DNA of 64,000 nt from an uncultured Pelagibacteraceae bacterium (GCA_902631135.1 CACOXL010000002.1:4990-68989), one strand, 5' to 3'. Counted from the stretch's first letter, positions 1 to 11,773 are shown. The notes: generated by a model not told the origin, from the sequence alone. Numbers and translations are program-made.

Positions 1-276
1 AAAATGTTAGAAAACTTGAACTTAACTAAAGGACTAATTTTTTCACAAGAACTGATGCTAGAGTTAACTAAAACAGGTTTAAGTAGAGAGAGATCTTATA
101 AAATGGTTCAAACTTATGCAAAAAAATGTTTTGCAGAAAACTTAAATTTAATTGATGTCATTCAATCTGATAAATATATTATGAGTAAAATTCCCTTAAA
201 AAAAATAAAAACGATCTTTAGTTATTCTAAACATTTCAAAAATGTAAACCTAATTTTTAGAAGAGTATTTAAATAA
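1..276 (+). CDS. purB: Adenylosuccinate lyase, C-terminal part (truncated by window edge)
   Basis: ADSL C-terminal motif GLIFSQ..L.L...GLSRE..Y..VQ; lies directly before purC. Confidence 0.9.
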   Translation, partial: KMLENLNLTKGLIFSQELMLELTKTGLSRERSYKMVQTYAKKCFAENLNLIDVIQSDKYIMSKIPLKKIKTIFSYSKHFKNVNLIFRRVFK

Positions 277-1058
277 TGAAAAAAGGAAAAAAACTTTACG
301 AAGGTAAAGCAAAAATAATTTATGCAACATCAGATAAAAATTTAGTTATTCAGTATTTTAAGGATGATGCGACTGCTTTTAATAATCAAAAAAAAAGTAA
401 TATAGAAGGCAAAGGTGTTTTAAATAATAGAATTTCCGAACATATTCTTTCTAATTTATCTCAAGTAGGAATTAAAAATCATTTAGTGAAAAGACTAAAT
501 ATGAGAGAACAGCTAGTGAAACTTGTAGATATTATCCCAATAGAATTTATCGTAAGAAACATTGCAACGGGCTCATTGACAAAAAGATTGGGTATCGAAG
601 ATGGAACTGTACTAGAACGTCCTCTGATCGAGTACTGCCTTAAAGATGATAAACTTGGTGATCCATTAATAAGTAAAGAACATATACTAACTTTTAATTG
701 GTTGAGTAAAACCCAGTTAGATTTTGTTGACGACAATTTAAAACGTTTAAATGATTTCCTTTTAGGAATGTTCAGAGGTGTAGGAATCAAGCTTGTCGAT
801 TTTAAAGTAGAATTTGGTTTTACTAATGAAAGTAACAAAAGTGAAATCATTTTAGCTGATGAAATAAGTCCTGACACTTGCAGATTATGGGACTCTATTA
901 CAGAAAAAAAATTAGACAAAGATAGATTTAGAAAAGATTTAGGAGATTTAATTCCAGCATATACTGAGGTAGCAAAAAGATTGGGAATTTTACATGAACA
1001 ATCAAATGTTACTGCAGTAAATGTTACAAAATTATCTTCGGTAAAAAAAAGAAAATAA
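276..1058 (+). CDS. purC: SAICAR synthetase
   Basis: LYEGKAK, DDATAFN, LVDFKVEFG, LADEISPDTCRLWD, DKDRFR motifs. Confidence 0.98.
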   Translation: MKKGKKLYEGKAKIIYATSDKNLVIQYFKDDATAFNNQKKSNIEGKGVLNNRISEHILSNLSQVGIKNHLVKRLNMREQLVKLVDIIPIEFIVRNIATGSLTKRLGIEDGTVLERPLIEYCLKDDKLGDPLISKEHILTFNWLSKTQLDFVDDNLKRLNDFLLGMFRGVGIKLVDFKVEFGFTNESNKSEIILADEISPDTCRLWDSITEKKLDKDRFRKDLGDLIPAYTEVAKRLGILHEQSNVTAVNVTKLSSVKKRK

Positions 1059-1301
1059 ATGAAAGTCTCAGCAATAATAACTCTTAAAAAAGATGTTCTA
1101 GATCCACAAGGAAAAGTTATTCATCAAACTTTAGATGATATGGGTTTTAAAAATATTGATGAAGTTAGACAAGGAAAATATTTCGAAATAGATGTAAAAG
1201 AAAATGATCCATCAAAAGCTAAAGTAATTGTAGAAGATATGTGTAAAAAACTTTTAGCTAATCTTGTAATTGAGAACTACAAAATTATTGAGACACAATA
1301 A
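1059..1301 (+). CDS. purS: FGAM synthase subunit PurS
   Basis: 80 aa, VLDPQG, VRQGKYFE, LLANLVIE motifs; between purC and purQ. Confidence 0.97.
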   Translation: MKVSAIITLKKDVLDPQGKVIHQTLDDMGFKNIDEVRQGKYFEIDVKENDPSKAKVIVEDMCKKLLANLVIENYKIIETQ

Positions 1302-1304
1302 TTA

Positions 1305-1988
1305 ATGAAATCATCTGTAATTACTTTTCCAGGTTCAAATTGCGATAGAGATATGGACGTAGCTTTAAAAAAATTTGGTTTTAATAATAAAATGGTCTGG
1401 CACAATGATAACGAACTTCCAAAAAGTGATTTAGTAGTTTTACCTGGTGGTTTTTCCTATGGAGACTACCTTAGATGTGGAAGTGTTGCTTCAAAATCAA
1501 AGATAATGAATTCTGTTATTAATTTTGCAAATTCTGGTGGTCTTGTCATGGGAATATGCAATGGTTTTCAAATATTGGTTGAAACTGGTTTGGTACCAGG
1601 TGTTTTATTAAGAAATAAATATTTAGAATTTATTTGTAAGAATGTTTTTGTTAAAGTTGATAATAAAAATAATCCTTATTTTAAAAATCTTGATAAAGAA
1701 ATTTTAGAACTGCATATAGCTCATAATGAAGGTAATTATTTTTGTACAGATGACCAATTAAAAGAAATTGAAGATAATAATCAGATAGCAATTTATTATT
1801 CAAATGAAAATGGACAAACGGATGATAAAGATAACCCAAATGGTTCAACCAAAAACATTGCTGGTATATTTAACAAACAAAAAAATGTACTAGGAATGAT
1901 GCCTCATCCAGAAAGAATGATTGATAAATGTTTATCTGGTGATGATGGTTCTTTGTTTTTTAAAAATTTATTTAAGAATATTAAATGA
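1305..1988 (+). CDS. purQ: FGAM synthase glutaminase subunit
   Basis: [33 protein letters not shown] motifs. Confidence 0.98.
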   Translation: MKSSVITFPGSNCDRDMDVALKKFGFNNKMVWHNDNELPKSDLVVLPGGFSYGDYLRCGSVASKSKIMNSVINFANSGGLVMGICNGFQILVETGLVPGVLLRNKYLEFICKNVFVKVDNKNNPYFKNLDKEILELHIAHNEGNYFCTDDQLKEIEDNNQIAIYYSNENGQTDDKDNPNGSTKNIAGIFNKQKNVLGMMPHPERMIDKCLSGDDGSLFFKNLFKNIK

Positions 1989-4180
1989 CGAAAGTAAACG
2001 AACAAATAGCTTTAGATCATGGATTAAAAAAGGATGAGTTTAAAAAAATTTGTGAATTGTTAAAAAGAATACCTAATATTACAGAATTAGGAATATTTTC
2101 TGCTATGTGGAACGAACATTGTTCCTATAAATCCTCAAGACTTCATCTTAAAAAATTACCAACAAAAGGAACAAAAGTTATTCAAGGACCCGGAGAAAAT
2201 GCCGGGGTAATAGATATTGATGATGGAGATGCAATAGTTTTTAAAATTGAAAGTCACAATCACCCCTCATTCATTGAACCCTATCAAGGAGCTGCAACAG
2301 GTGTTGGTGGAATAATGAGAGATGTTTTTACAATGGGTGCAAGACCAATCGCTAACTTAAATTCTATTCATTTTGGTTCTCCTCAAAATAAAAAAACTAA
2401 AAATTTATTAAGAGGTGTTGTTCATGGCATTGGCGGTTATGGCAATTGTATAGGAGTACCTACTGTGGCAGGTCAAACTTCATTCGATAGTTCATATAAT
2501 GGAAACATACTAGTAAATGCCATGACTTTAGGTTTAGTTAGAAAAGATAAAATTTTTTATTCAAAAGCAGCTGGATTGAATAAACCAGTAATTTATGTCG
2601 GGTCCAAAACAGGAAGAGATGGAATTCATGGTGCTAGTATGGCTTCAGCTAGTTTTGATGAAAAAATTGAGGAAAAAAAACCTACAGTACAAGTTGGAGA
2701 TCCTTTTACAGAAAAATTACTTTTAGAAGCTTGTTTAGAATTAATGTCTGGAGACTCAGTTATAGCAATTCAAGACATGGGAGCAGCTGGTCTTACATCT
2801 TCTAGTATAGAAATGGCTTCAAAAGGAAATTTAGGAATAGAAATAAATTTGAATAAAGTACCTTGCAGAGAAAGTAAAATGACACCATACGAAATTATGT
2901 TATCAGAAAGTCAAGAAAGAATGTTGATTATTTTAGAAAATGGAAAAGAAGATTTGGCAAAAAAAATATTTGATAAATGGAATTTAGATTTCTCAGTAAT
3001 TGGAAAAACAACAGATACAAAAAATATTGAATTATACTTTGACAAAGAGCAAGTGGCTAAAATTCCAATTAATACTTTAGTTGAAAATTCACCAATGTAT
3101 GACAGGAAGTGGAAAAAAGCTAAACTTCCTAAAAAAAATAAAATCAAAAAAGAAACTATAAATAAATTAAAGATAAAAGAAGTATTAAAAAAAATTTTAT
3201 CACATCCTAACGTTTGTAGTAAAGATTGGATTTGGCAGCAATATGATCACACTGTTATGGGAGATACAATTCAAAAACCTGGGGGAGATTCAGGCGTAGT
3301 TAGAGTTCATGGAACTAATAAAGCGGTTGCTGCATCAGTGGACTCATCTGCCGTTTATTGTTGGGCACACCCACTTACAGGAGGAAAACAAGTTGTGTGT
3401 GAAAGCTGGAGAAATCTAATATCAGTCGGTGCTACTCCAATTGCAATAACTAATTGTTTAAATTTTGGAAGTCCTGAAAATGAGGAGAACATGGGTGAAT
3501 TTGTTGAATGTGTAGAGGGGATTGGAGAAGCATGTGAATATTTGAAATTCCCAGTGGTTTCTGGAAACGTATCTTTTTATAATCAGACTAAAGAAGTAGG
3601 AATTAAACCAACACCTTCAATAGGTGGTGTTGGTTTAATTAAAGATTATACTCAGATGATAACCATGGATTTTAAAGAAACCGATAATTTAGTTTTAGTA
3701 ATAGGTAAGACAGAAGGTCATATGGATCAAACTTTATTTGCTAGATCTATATTAGATGAAAAAAATGGACCTCCTCCAGAAATAAATCTTTTTAATGAAA
3801 AAAATAATGGTGAGACGCTTCTTCAATTGATTAAAAATAATTTAATCAAAAGTGCACATGATGTTTCTCTTGGAGGGATAATAACTGCTGTAAGTAAAAT
3901 GTGTATCAAAGGAAACAAAGGTGTCGAATTTAATAAATCTAAATTTTATATAAGTGATATTGAATATTTATTCTCTGAAGATCAGGGTAGATATATTATC
4001 GAAATTGATACAGTAGATTTAAAAAAAGTAACTAACATTTTAGAAAAAAACTCCGTTCATTACGATAAATTAGGCAAAATAATTGATAATTATATGATAG
4101 TTAATCATAAGACAAAGGTTACAATTGACGAATTAAAATCTTATAATACAACCTGGTTAAATAGTTATATGAGGTCGTAA
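1985..4180 (+). CDS. purL: FGAM synthase subunit PurL (small type)
   Basis: [44 protein letters not shown] motifs. Confidence 0.98.
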   Translation: MTKVNEQIALDHGLKKDEFKKICELLKRIPNITELGIFSAMWNEHCSYKSSRLHLKKLPTKGTKVIQGPGENAGVIDIDDGDAIVFKIESHNHPSFIEPYQGAATGVGGIMRDVFTMGARPIANLNSIHFGSPQNKKTKNLLRGVVHGIGGYGNCIGVPTVAGQTSFDSSYNGNILVNAMTLGLVRKDKIFYSKAAGLNKPVIYVGSKTGRDGIHGASMASASFDEKIEEKKPTVQVGDPFTEKLLLEACLELMSGDSVIAIQDMGAAGLTSSSIEMASKGNLGIEINLNKVPCRESKMTPYEIMLSESQERMLIILENGKEDLAKKIFDKWNLDFSVIGKTTDTKNIELYFDKEQVAKIPINTLVENSPMYDRKWKKAKLPKKNKIKKETINKLKIKEVLKKILSHPNVCSKDWIWQQYDHTVMGDTIQKPGGDSGVVRVHGTNKAVAASVDSSAVYCWAHPLTGGKQVVCESWRNLISVGATPIAITNCLNFGSPENEENMGEFVECVEGIGEACEYLKFPVVSGNVSFYNQTKEVGIKPTPSIGGVGLIKDYTQMITMDFKETDNLVLVIGKTEGHMDQTLFARSILDEKNGPPPEINLFNEKNNGETLLQLIKNNLIKSAHDVSLGGIITAVSKMCIKGNKGVEFNKSKFYISDIEYLFSEDQGRYIIEIDTVDLKKVTNILEKNSVHYDKLGKIIDNYMIVNHKTKVTIDELKSYNTTWLNSYMRS

Positions 4181-4410
4181 TGGCAATGGATTTAAAAGAA
4201 ATAGAAAGATACATTAAAGAAGCTTTACCTGATGCTTTAATAGAAATTCAAGATTTAGCAGGTGATGGCAATCACTATTCTGCTACAGTTACATCATCTC
4301 AATTTTCAGGTAAAAGTAAGATTGAACAACATAAAATGGTATATAATTCTCTTAAAGGCAAAATGGGAAATGAATTACATGCACTAGCAATAAAAACAAA
4401 GGAACAATAA
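4180..4410 (+). CDS. bolA: BolA/IbaG family protein
   Basis: GDGNHY, F.GKS...QH.MVY, LHALAIKT motifs; paired with monothiol glutaredoxin. Confidence 0.93.
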   Translation: MAMDLKEIERYIKEALPDALIEIQDLAGDGNHYSATVTSSQFSGKSKIEQHKMVYNSLKGKMGNELHALAIKTKEQ

Positions 4411-4745
4411 TGGATGATCAAACTAAAAATTTAATTCAAAAACATATTGAAGATAATGAAGTATGTTTATTTATGAAAGGAACTTCTGATGCTCCGCAAT
4501 GTGGTTTTTCAATGGCTGTAACTAATTTACTAAAAATTTTGGAGGTAAATTTTAAAGCAGTAAATGTTTTAGAAAACCAATCATTAAGAGAGGGAATTAA
4601 AGTTTTTAGCGATTGGCCAACGATACCTCAACTTTATGTGAAAAAAGAATTTGTTGGTGGCTGTGATATTATTAAAGAAATGTATGAAAGTGGAGAATTA
4701 AGTAAACTTTTTACGGATAAAAAAATTTCTCATAAAACAAAATAA
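4410..4745 (+). CDS. grxD: Monothiol glutaredoxin (Grx4)
   Basis: LFMKG..PQCGFS, WPTIPQLY, GGCDI motifs. Confidence 0.96.
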   Translation: MDDQTKNLIQKHIEDNEVCLFMKGTSDAPQCGFSMAVTNLLKILEVNFKAVNVLENQSLREGIKVFSDWPTIPQLYVKKEFVGGCDIIKEMYESGELSKLFTDKKISHKTK

Positions 4746-5009
4746 ATGAAATCATTTATCTACAAGTCTATTATAGTTGTAATAGCTGTTATTTTGATTT
4801 TTGAATTCACTATTGGAAATAAAATATCTCAAATTTATGAAAAGATAGATGTTGTATCTACCAAAGAAGGAAGAAAAGAGAGTGTAAACAAAATTAGAGA
4901 AGAATTAAAAAAAGCTGTAAATAAAGAAAGATATTTATCAAAGGAAGATGCTAAATTACTCAAAGATTTTATTAATAAAATTCAATCAGAAATAAACGAA
5001 AGTAATTAA
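4746..5009 (+). CDS. Small hypothetical protein with N-terminal membrane anchor
   Basis: 87-aa ORF abutting grxD; hydrophobic N-terminal segment and charged helical remainder. Confidence 0.7.
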   Translation: MKSFIYKSIIVVIAVILIFEFTIGNKISQIYEKIDVVSTKEGRKESVNKIREELKKAVNKERYLSKEDAKLLKDFINKIQSEINESN

Positions 5010-5011
5010 GC

Positions 5012-6595
5012 TCATTCACAAAACCAGACTTTACCAACGACAATATCTCTAGAATAAAATAAATAATTATATTTTTCTGTATGAATTAGTTTACAACTTT
5101 TTGGACTTGATCTTTTTAAATTTCTTACATTTTGATAAACAAAGAAAGGTCTTTTTTTAACTGCATCTATTCGACTGTAAGATCCAAAACAATTAAAATT
5201 GGCTTTCCTTAAAAAAGCCTCAACATATAAATCCCCATATACACAAGTATTTTTACTTATATTTCTATTTTCAGAAAAATTGATTATTTTTTTTTGCAGA
5301 TTTTTATTACTCAAACCCCAATAATCAATTTCAAAATTTTTTTCTATATTGGTAAATTTTGCAAAATGATTTAGCCAAGTATATTGATATTTTTTTAAAA
5401 AAAAATTTTCAGAAATAAATAATATAATTGTAACTACTGACAAAACATTAAAAATTTTTTTATTTAATAAAAAAAGATTATAAAAAGAAATAATTAGGAT
5501 CAATGGTAACAAAAACATCAAGTGTCTTATCTCGTCATAGAGAACAACGTTTTTTAAAATTAACGTAAAAATTATTAATAAAAAGGTTAATAATAAAGTT
5601 GAATAAAAAATTGAATTTACATTATTCTTGAATAGTTTTTTTTCAATTAATGGAAAAGATAAAATTCCCAATATTGAAAGAACAGGTAATTTGAAAAATA
5701 ACCATATAAAAATGTAACTATTTGGAAGATTTTGAGCTTTTAGACATTTTCCTAATGTGAGAGTACATGTAGAATTGTGGTATTTTGACATCCACTGTAA
5801 TGAATTGATAAACTCAAAGGGATTTAACCAAAATATTGGATTGAGTATATAAATAAAAAACAAAAAAGCTGCTGAGAATATCAAGAGATAAGATTTATTT
5901 TTAAATAAAAATGTAAAAAATTCCAATTTTTTAGAATTAATTAAAATTATTAATGCGATCAAATATTCAAAAAAGATTAGAAAACCAATAGTTCTTATAC
6001 TTATTAAAAATCCTGTCAAAAAAGCAAAAAGAATAATTTCAGAAAATACAATTTTTTTTTCAAAATAAAATTTTTCTATAATATTAAAAAGAAAATAAGT
6101 TGTAATAATCCAAACAGATAGAAATGGAATATCTTTTCCATTTATTTGTGAATGACCAAATAAATATGGATAAAGAAAAAAAATTAATAATGAAACTATT
6201 GAGAAATTAAAGTTTTTTGAAATCTTTAAACAAATCAAATAGAAAAAATATCCAGCAATACAAAAAATTAAGAAAGTTGGAAAATGTCTAGAAATATAAA
6301 TTGCACCTTCCTTATTTACTGAATTTATTTCTTGAACAAAGTTATTTAAAAAAAATTGAAATGGTTGTGAAAAAAAATGAAACCCTATACCATGATATCT
6401 GTCAATATAATTTTGAAGTAATTGATATCCATTATTATCAGTAAAAAAATCCTTTATAGCTTGAAAATTTATAGACCAATTAAGTTGTTCATGTAATTGA
6501 TCATGAGAAATTCCGTTTGTAAGTGAAAGGTAGGTACCAATAATAAAATATATTAAAAAAAAAATACTTAAAATTATATTTCTTTTATTTATCAT
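5012..6595 (-). CDS. Polytopic membrane protein, probable GT-C/PMT-like glycosyltransferase
   Basis: About 10-12 hydrophobic segments, acidic/His motif (GISHDQLHE) after TM1, KDIPF motif, soluble C-terminal domain. Confidence 0.6.
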   Translation of the reverse strand: MINKRNIILSIFFLIYFIIGTYLSLTNGISHDQLHEQLNWSINFQAIKDFFTDNNGYQLLQNYIDRYHGIGFHFFSQPFQFFLNNFVQEINSVNKEGAIYISRHFPTFLIFCIAGYFFYLICLKISKNFNFSIVSLLIFFLYPYLFGHSQINGKDIPFLSVWIITTYFLFNIIEKFYFEKKIVFSEIILFAFLTGFLISIRTIGFLIFFEYLIALIILINSKKLEFFTFLFKNKSYLLIFSAAFLFFIYILNPIFWLNPFEFINSLQWMSKYHNSTCTLTLGKCLKAQNLPNSYIFIWLFFKLPVLSILGILSFPLIEKKLFKNNVNSIFYSTLLLTFLLIIFTLILKNVVLYDEIRHLMFLLPLILIISFYNLFLLNKKIFNVLSVVTIILFISENFFLKKYQYTWLNHFAKFTNIEKNFEIDYWGLSNKNLQKKIINFSENRNISKNTCVYGDLYVEAFLRKANFNCFGSYSRIDAVKKRPFFVYQNVRNLKRSSPKSCKLIHTEKYNYLFYSRDIVVGKVWFCE

Positions 6596-6632
6596 TTGTA
6601 TTAGATAAATATTATAACAAATTTATTAGATA

Positions 6633-7250
6633 TTATCTTGAATAATATTCGATAACTAGATTTGGTTCCATAACTATTGGATAAGGAACTTCTTCAAATT
6701 TTGGCACTCTTACAAATTTAAATTTTTTATTTTTTTCATCTAATTGAATGTATTCTGGAATTTCTCTTTCTTTATTTGCTAAAGCTATATCGATTATTGC
6801 TAGTTGTTTAGATTTATCTCTGATTTCAATGGCATCTTCTTCTTTTACCATATAACTAGATATATTTACCTTTTTTCCGTTTACTTTCACATGACCGTGA
6901 TTAATTAATTGTCTTGCAGAAAATATCGTTGTTGCAAATTTTGCTCTGTAGATCACAGCATCTAACCTTCTCTCTAAAAGGCCAATTAAATTTTCGCTTG
7001 TATCTCCCTTAAGCATACTTGCTTTTCTATAAATATTTCTGAATTGTCTTTCATTGATATTACCATAATAAGCTTTTAATTTTTGTTTTGCTTGTAATTG
7101 AATTCCATAGTCTGAAGGCTTTGAGGTTTTGGTTTGACCATGTTGGCCTGGTCCGTATGCTCTGGTATTAAAAGGACTTTTAGGTCTTCCCCAAAGGTTA
7201 ACTTTTAATCTTCTATCTACTTTATGTTTAGAGTTTAATCTTTTTGTCAT
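6633..7250 (-). CDS. rpsD: 30S ribosomal protein S4
   Basis: [40 protein letters not shown] motifs. Confidence 0.99.
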   Translation of the reverse strand: MTKRLNSKHKVDRRLKVNLWGRPKSPFNTRAYGPGQHGQTKTSKPSDYGIQLQAKQKLKAYYGNINERQFRNIYRKASMLKGDTSENLIGLLERRLDAVIYRAKFATTIFSARQLINHGHVKVNGKKVNISSYMVKEEDAIEIRDKSKQLAIIDIALANKEREIPEYIQLDEKNKKFKFVRVPKFEEVPYPIVMEPNLVIEYYSR

Positions 7251-7262
7251 TTAATAGAGGGC

Positions 7263-7290
7263 TTTATAAACTTACTCATTATTTTGTCAA
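7263..7290 (-). promoter_or_regulatory. Probable sigma70 promoter of rpsD
   Basis: Minus strand TTGACA-N16-TATAAA ending 12 nt before the ATG; no SD, so a very short leader. Confidence 0.6.
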
Positions 7291-8004
7291 TCAACGTTTT
7301 TTTCCCAAACTTGCAAATACACCTGATAATATACGAGTTTCTTTATCAGACAGGTCCATTTTATAAAAAATATTTCTTAAATTTTCTAGCATTTTTGGTC
7401 GCTTTTCATTGGGTCTAAAGAAATTTATTTCATCTAAATTTTTAATACAAAGATTTAACATTGTTTGTATTTCTTTCTTGCTTGCTGATTTTATTTTTTT
7501 TGATTTTTTAAATGGGACATCTTTTAATCTAATAATACTAGCAATATATTGGGCAATAATTATTAAGCTATGAGATAAATTAAGAGATTTAAAATCAGGG
7601 TTAGTAGGTATTTGTAATGTATAATTAGCGTAACTAATCTCATCATTTGACAAACCTGATGCCTCAGATCCAAATAAAAAACCAATTTTCTTTTTAAAAT
7701 TTATTTTTCTTAAATCTTCTAAATTAATATGTTTTATATTTTTATTTCTAAATCTCGCTGAGGTAGCAATAACTATATCTATTTTACTGATTGCCTTTTC
7801 TAAATTGTCATAATTTTTACTTTGTTTAATAATATCTTTAGCTCCAACAGATGTTGCTAAGATTTTATCATTTGGAAAAATGGGTTTAGGATTAACTAAA
7901 ATTAGTTTTTTAAAATTAAAATTTTTTATTGCCCTCGCGCATGCACCAATGTTTTCTGACAATTGAGGTTTATGTAGAATAAAAGAGATATTATTTTTAC
8001 TCAT
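7291..8004 (-). CDS. SPOUT RNA methyltransferase, TrmJ/TrmH family
   Basis: P...ENIGA.ARA.KNF, FG.E..GLSNDE, SLNLSH motifs. Confidence 0.9.
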   Translation of the reverse strand: MSKNNISFILHKPQLSENIGACARAIKNFNFKKLILVNPKPIFPNDKILATSVGAKDIIKQSKNYDNLEKAISKIDIVIATSARFRNKNIKHINLEDLRKINFKKKIGFLFGSEASGLSNDEISYANYTLQIPTNPDFKSLNLSHSLIIIAQYIASIIRLKDVPFKKSKKIKSASKKEIQTMLNLCIKNLDEINFFRPNEKRPKMLENLRNIFYKMDLSDKETRILSGVFASLGKKR

Positions 8005-9606
8005 CTACTTACTAGCAGGAGCATTATCTTTAAACAATTTGTAATCTAAACTATCTATTAGTGCTTTAAATGAAGCATCAATTATGTTTGTAGATACACC
8101 AATTGTAAACCAATTTTTTCCTTTAGAGTCTGTGCTTTCAATTGAGACTCTCGTAACAGCTTCTGTTCCTGTATTTAAAATTCTTACTTTGTAATCAACC
8201 AGTTTTAGATCTTTCAAATAATTTGAATATTTTGCCAATCGGTCAACGTTTTGTCTAATCGCATTGTCTAAGGCATTTACTGGTCCATTCCCCTCTCCTT
8301 CACACATAATTTTTTCTCCATCAACTTCTAATTGAGCTTTTGCAGAAGAAACTATTTCACCTGATTTATTTTTTTTAACTGAAACATCATATTCATTAAT
8401 TGATATATATCTCGGTATTTCTCCAATAATTCTTCTAGCTAATAATTCAAATGAAGCATCTGCACCATCATAGCTATAACCAATGAATTCTCTATCTTTA
8501 ACTTCATCTAATAATTTTTTAATCTTAGGATCATTTTCCTCAATATCAATTTTGATACTTTTTAATCTTGAGATTATATTTGATTTACCCGACTGGTCAG
8601 AAACAACAATATTTCTTGTATTACCAACATCCTCTGGATTTATATGTTCATAAGTTTTTGGATCTTTTTGAACTGCTGATACATGTAATCCTCCTTTATG
8701 AGAAAAAGCAGCAGCTCCCACATAAGGTAAATGTTGGTTAGGTTTTCTATTTAAGATCTCATCTAATAGTCTTGAGCATTCGGTTAAATTTTTAATATTG
8801 TCAGATTTTATTCCAATTTCATATTTAGATGAAAAATCATTTTTTAAAAAAAATGTTGGGATTAATGACATCAAATTTGCATTTCCACATCTTTCACCTA
8901 AACCGTTTATAGTTCCTTGAATTTGACGGACACCAGACAATACTGCCGCTAAAGAATTAGCAACTGCATTACCTGTATCATTGTGAGCATGAATACCTAA
9001 ATTTTTACCTGGTACTACTTTTGATACTTCAGATACAATTTTAGAAATCTCGTGTGGGAGTGTACCTCCGTTAGTATCACATAATACAATCCATCTTGCA
9101 CCTTGATCGTAAGCAGCTTTAATACAGGAAAGTGCATATTTTGAATTTGCTTTATAACCATCAAAGAAATGTTCCGCATCAAACATAAATTCTTTTTTTG
9201 CTTTAACAAAATGTTTGGCACTTTCACCAATATTTTCTAAATTTTCTTTATTAGTAATTCCTAATGCAACATCAACATGAAAATCCCATGACTTTCCAAC
9301 TAGACACACTGCGGAAGTATTTGAATTCATTAATGCAGATAATCCTGTATCATTTTCTGCGCTTCGACCGGATCTTTTTGTCATTCCAAAACATGTTAGT
9401 ATTGAATTTTTAAAATTATGCTTTTTTTGAAAGAACTCAGTATCAGTGGGGTTAGCTCCTGGCCATCCACCTTCAATGTAATCAACACCTAGATTATCTA
9501 AAGCTGAAGCAATTTTTTCTTTATCCTCAATAGAAAAATCTACTCCTTGAGTTTGAGCGCCATCTCTTAATGTTGTATCAAATATATATAGTCTTTCTTT
9601 ATTCAT
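8005..9606 (-). CDS. cimA: Citramalate synthase (DRE-TIM, LeuA/CimA family)
   Basis: DTTLRDGAQ, YIEGGWPGANP, DAEHFFDGY, HAHND, AFSHKGGLH motifs of the bacterial CimA subfamily; adjacent to cysS. Confidence 0.9.
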   Translation of the reverse strand: MNKERLYIFDTTLRDGAQTQGVDFSIEDKEKIASALDNLGVDYIEGGWPGANPTDTEFFQKKHNFKNSILTCFGMTKRSGRSAENDTGLSALMNSNTSAVCLVGKSWDFHVDVALGITNKENLENIGESAKHFVKAKKEFMFDAEHFFDGYKANSKYALSCIKAAYDQGARWIVLCDTNGGTLPHEISKIVSEVSKVVPGKNLGIHAHNDTGNAVANSLAAVLSGVRQIQGTINGLGERCGNANLMSLIPTFFLKNDFSSKYEIGIKSDNIKNLTECSRLLDEILNRKPNQHLPYVGAAAFSHKGGLHVSAVQKDPKTYEHINPEDVGNTRNIVVSDQSGKSNIISRLKSIKIDIEENDPKIKKLLDEVKDREFIGYSYDGADASFELLARRIIGEIPRYISINEYDVSVKKNKSGEIVSSAKAQLEVDGEKIMCEGEGNGPVNALDNAIRQNVDRLAKYSNYLKDLKLVDYKVRILNTGTEAVTRVSIESTDSKGKNWFTIGVSTNIIDASFKALIDSLDYKLFKDNAPASK

Positions 9607-10946
9607 TTAAATTTCCAGAGTGTTTTACCATCTTTATCCTCTATTAAAACACCTTTGTCTAAAAGCTCGTCCCTTATTCTGTCAGCTTCTTTATAATCTT
9701 TTTTATCTCTAGCTTTATTTCTTAAAGCAATTTTATTGTTAATTTCAGTTTCACTTATTGAAGCTTTATTTTTTTTATAGCTTTCCCATTGTTGAATGTC
9801 TTCATTTAATAAACCTATAAATTTACATGCAGAAATAAATAGCTCCTTATCTTTACCTTTTTTAGCATTTTCATAAAGTTTATGAAGATTAGCAATATAG
9901 CCAGGAGTATTTAAATCCTCATGTAAAGGTTTTAGAATCTCTTCTGTTACTTGAACAGATTTTATATCTGTTGAATAAACACGATACCATTTATCTAAAG
10001 TATTTTGACAATCATTTATCAATTTATCATTCCAATCTAATGGCTGTTTATAATGTGCACTCATAAGAGCTAACCTCAAAACTTGTCCACTAATCTTTTT
10101 TCTAAAATCTTTTATTTTTAAAATGTTTCCTTGTGACTTAGCCATTTTTTCATTGGATATTGTTATAAAAGCATTATGAACCCAATATTTAGCAAAAATT
10201 TTTGAGTCATTTGCACATCTAGATTGAGCTATCTCATTTTCATGATGTGGAAATATCAAGTCAATTCCACCTCCATGAATATCAAATTCATTTCCTAAAA
10301 ATTTTTTTGACATTGCTGAGCATTCTAAGTGCCAACCTGGTCGCCCTTTGCCCCAAGGAGAGTCCCAAGAAGGCTCATCTTTAACAGATGGTTTCCACAA
10401 AACAAAATCTTCTGAATTTTTTTTGTTGTCACTTACCTCTACTCTTGATCCAGCTATTAAATCCTCTAATTTCTTATTTGATAATTTTCCATAATCAGAA
10501 AATTTCTTAACTTCGAAATAGACGTGATTATTATTTTCATAAGCAAAACCTTTTTTTATTAATTGATTTATCATTTCTATCATTAAATCAATGTGTTCAG
10601 TGGCTTTAGGCTGATGAGTGGGATTTTCACAATTCAAAAACTTACAATCCTCAAAAAAACTTGATGTCACTTTATTTGTAAGCTCTTTTGCAGATATTTT
10701 TTGTTCCTGTGATGATTTAATTATTTTATCATCAATATCTGTAATATTTCTTACATATGTTACTTTTGAATAAGTTTTTTTTAGTAATTTAAAAAGAATA
10801 TCAAAAATAACTAGTGGTCGTGCATTTCCAATATGTGGGTCATCATATACAGTTGGTCCACAAACATACATTCCAATATTTTTTTCATCTTTTGGAATAA
10901 ATTGTTCTTTTTTATTTGTTAAATTATTTGTTAAAAAAATATCCAT
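9603..10946 (-). CDS. cysS: Cysteine--tRNA ligase
   Basis: YVCGPTVY..PHIGN, GRPGWHLECS, DIHGGG.DL.FPHHENE, KMAKS motifs. Confidence 0.98.
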   Translation of the reverse strand: MDIFLTNNLTNKKEQFIPKDEKNIGMYVCGPTVYDDPHIGNARPLVIFDILFKLLKKTYSKVTYVRNITDIDDKIIKSSQEQKISAKELTNKVTSSFFEDCKFLNCENPTHQPKATEHIDLMIEMINQLIKKGFAYENNNHVYFEVKKFSDYGKLSNKKLEDLIAGSRVEVSDNKKNSEDFVLWKPSVKDEPSWDSPWGKGRPGWHLECSAMSKKFLGNEFDIHGGGIDLIFPHHENEIAQSRCANDSKIFAKYWVHNAFITISNEKMAKSQGNILKIKDFRKKISGQVLRLALMSAHYKQPLDWNDKLINDCQNTLDKWYRVYSTDIKSVQVTEEILKPLHEDLNTPGYIANLHKLYENAKKGKDKELFISACKFIGLLNEDIQQWESYKKNKASISETEINNKIALRNKARDKKDYKEADRIRDELLDKGVLIEDKDGKTLWKFK

Positions 10947-10997
10947 TTTAATTGATTAAGAAATATACCTTATTTAGTGATTTGTTAATCGAATTGA

Positions 10998-11735
10998 TTA
11001 ACTAGGTATCTTACATACTGGAATAGGCTCCATTTTATGCAAGTTTTGTTTTCTAATTTTTTCGTATTCAGTTTTATGAGGTGAGTCGGGATTTTTCATA
11101 GCGTCTTCTAAATCCTTATAACTAAAACCTAATTGCCCTTCATCAGTTCTACCATCGTCCCAAAGACCATCGGTTGGAGGTGCGTCTATGATTTCTTTTA
11201 ATATCCCTAGTTCTTTTCCAAGTTCCCAAACTTCAGTTTTATTACAATCTGCTATTGGTGAAATATCCACTCCACCATCTCCATATTTTGTATAAAAACC
11301 TACTCCAAAATCTTCTACCTTGTTTCCTGTACCAACAACTATTCCTTTATTTGCAGCAGCCACCTGGTACAAAGTAGCCATTCTTAATCTAGCTCTAGAA
11401 TTTGCAAATCCATGTTCGTTATCAAATTTATTTAACGTTGAAGAAAAAGAATTAAACAACTGATCCAAATTTAGTGTATGTGCCTCTACATTTTTAAATT
11501 TTTTAACTAACCAGTTTTGATGCTTTAAACTTAAATCGTGTTGATTTTCTTTTTGTTTTATTGGCATAGATAAAACGATAGTTTTTAAACCTGTCATTGC
11601 ACTTAAAGTGCTTGATACAGATGAATCAATCCCTCCTGATATTCCTATCACTAATGCTTCTGCTTTAGATGGCATATTATCAACGTAGGATTTAATCCAA
11701 TTAGATATAAATTTTACTTTTTCTGAGGGACTCAT
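10998..11735 (-). CDS. nadE: NAD+ synthetase (single-domain, NH3-dependent type)
   Basis: GISGGIDS, N.RARLRM, GTGNK.E, TKYGDGG motifs; no glutaminase domain. Confidence 0.95.
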   Translation of the reverse strand: MSPSEKVKFISNWIKSYVDNMPSKAEALVIGISGGIDSSVSSTLSAMTGLKTIVLSMPIKQKENQHDLSLKHQNWLVKKFKNVEAHTLNLDQLFNSFSSTLNKFDNEHGFANSRARLRMATLYQVAAANKGIVVGTGNKVEDFGVGFYTKYGDGGVDISPIADCNKTEVWELGKELGILKEIIDAPPTDGLWDDGRTDEGQLGFSYKDLEDAMKNPDSPHKTEYEKIRKQNLHKMEPIPVCKIPS

Positions 11736-11773
11736 AATTAATATTTAACAACCTTATGCTTAAAAACAATGGC

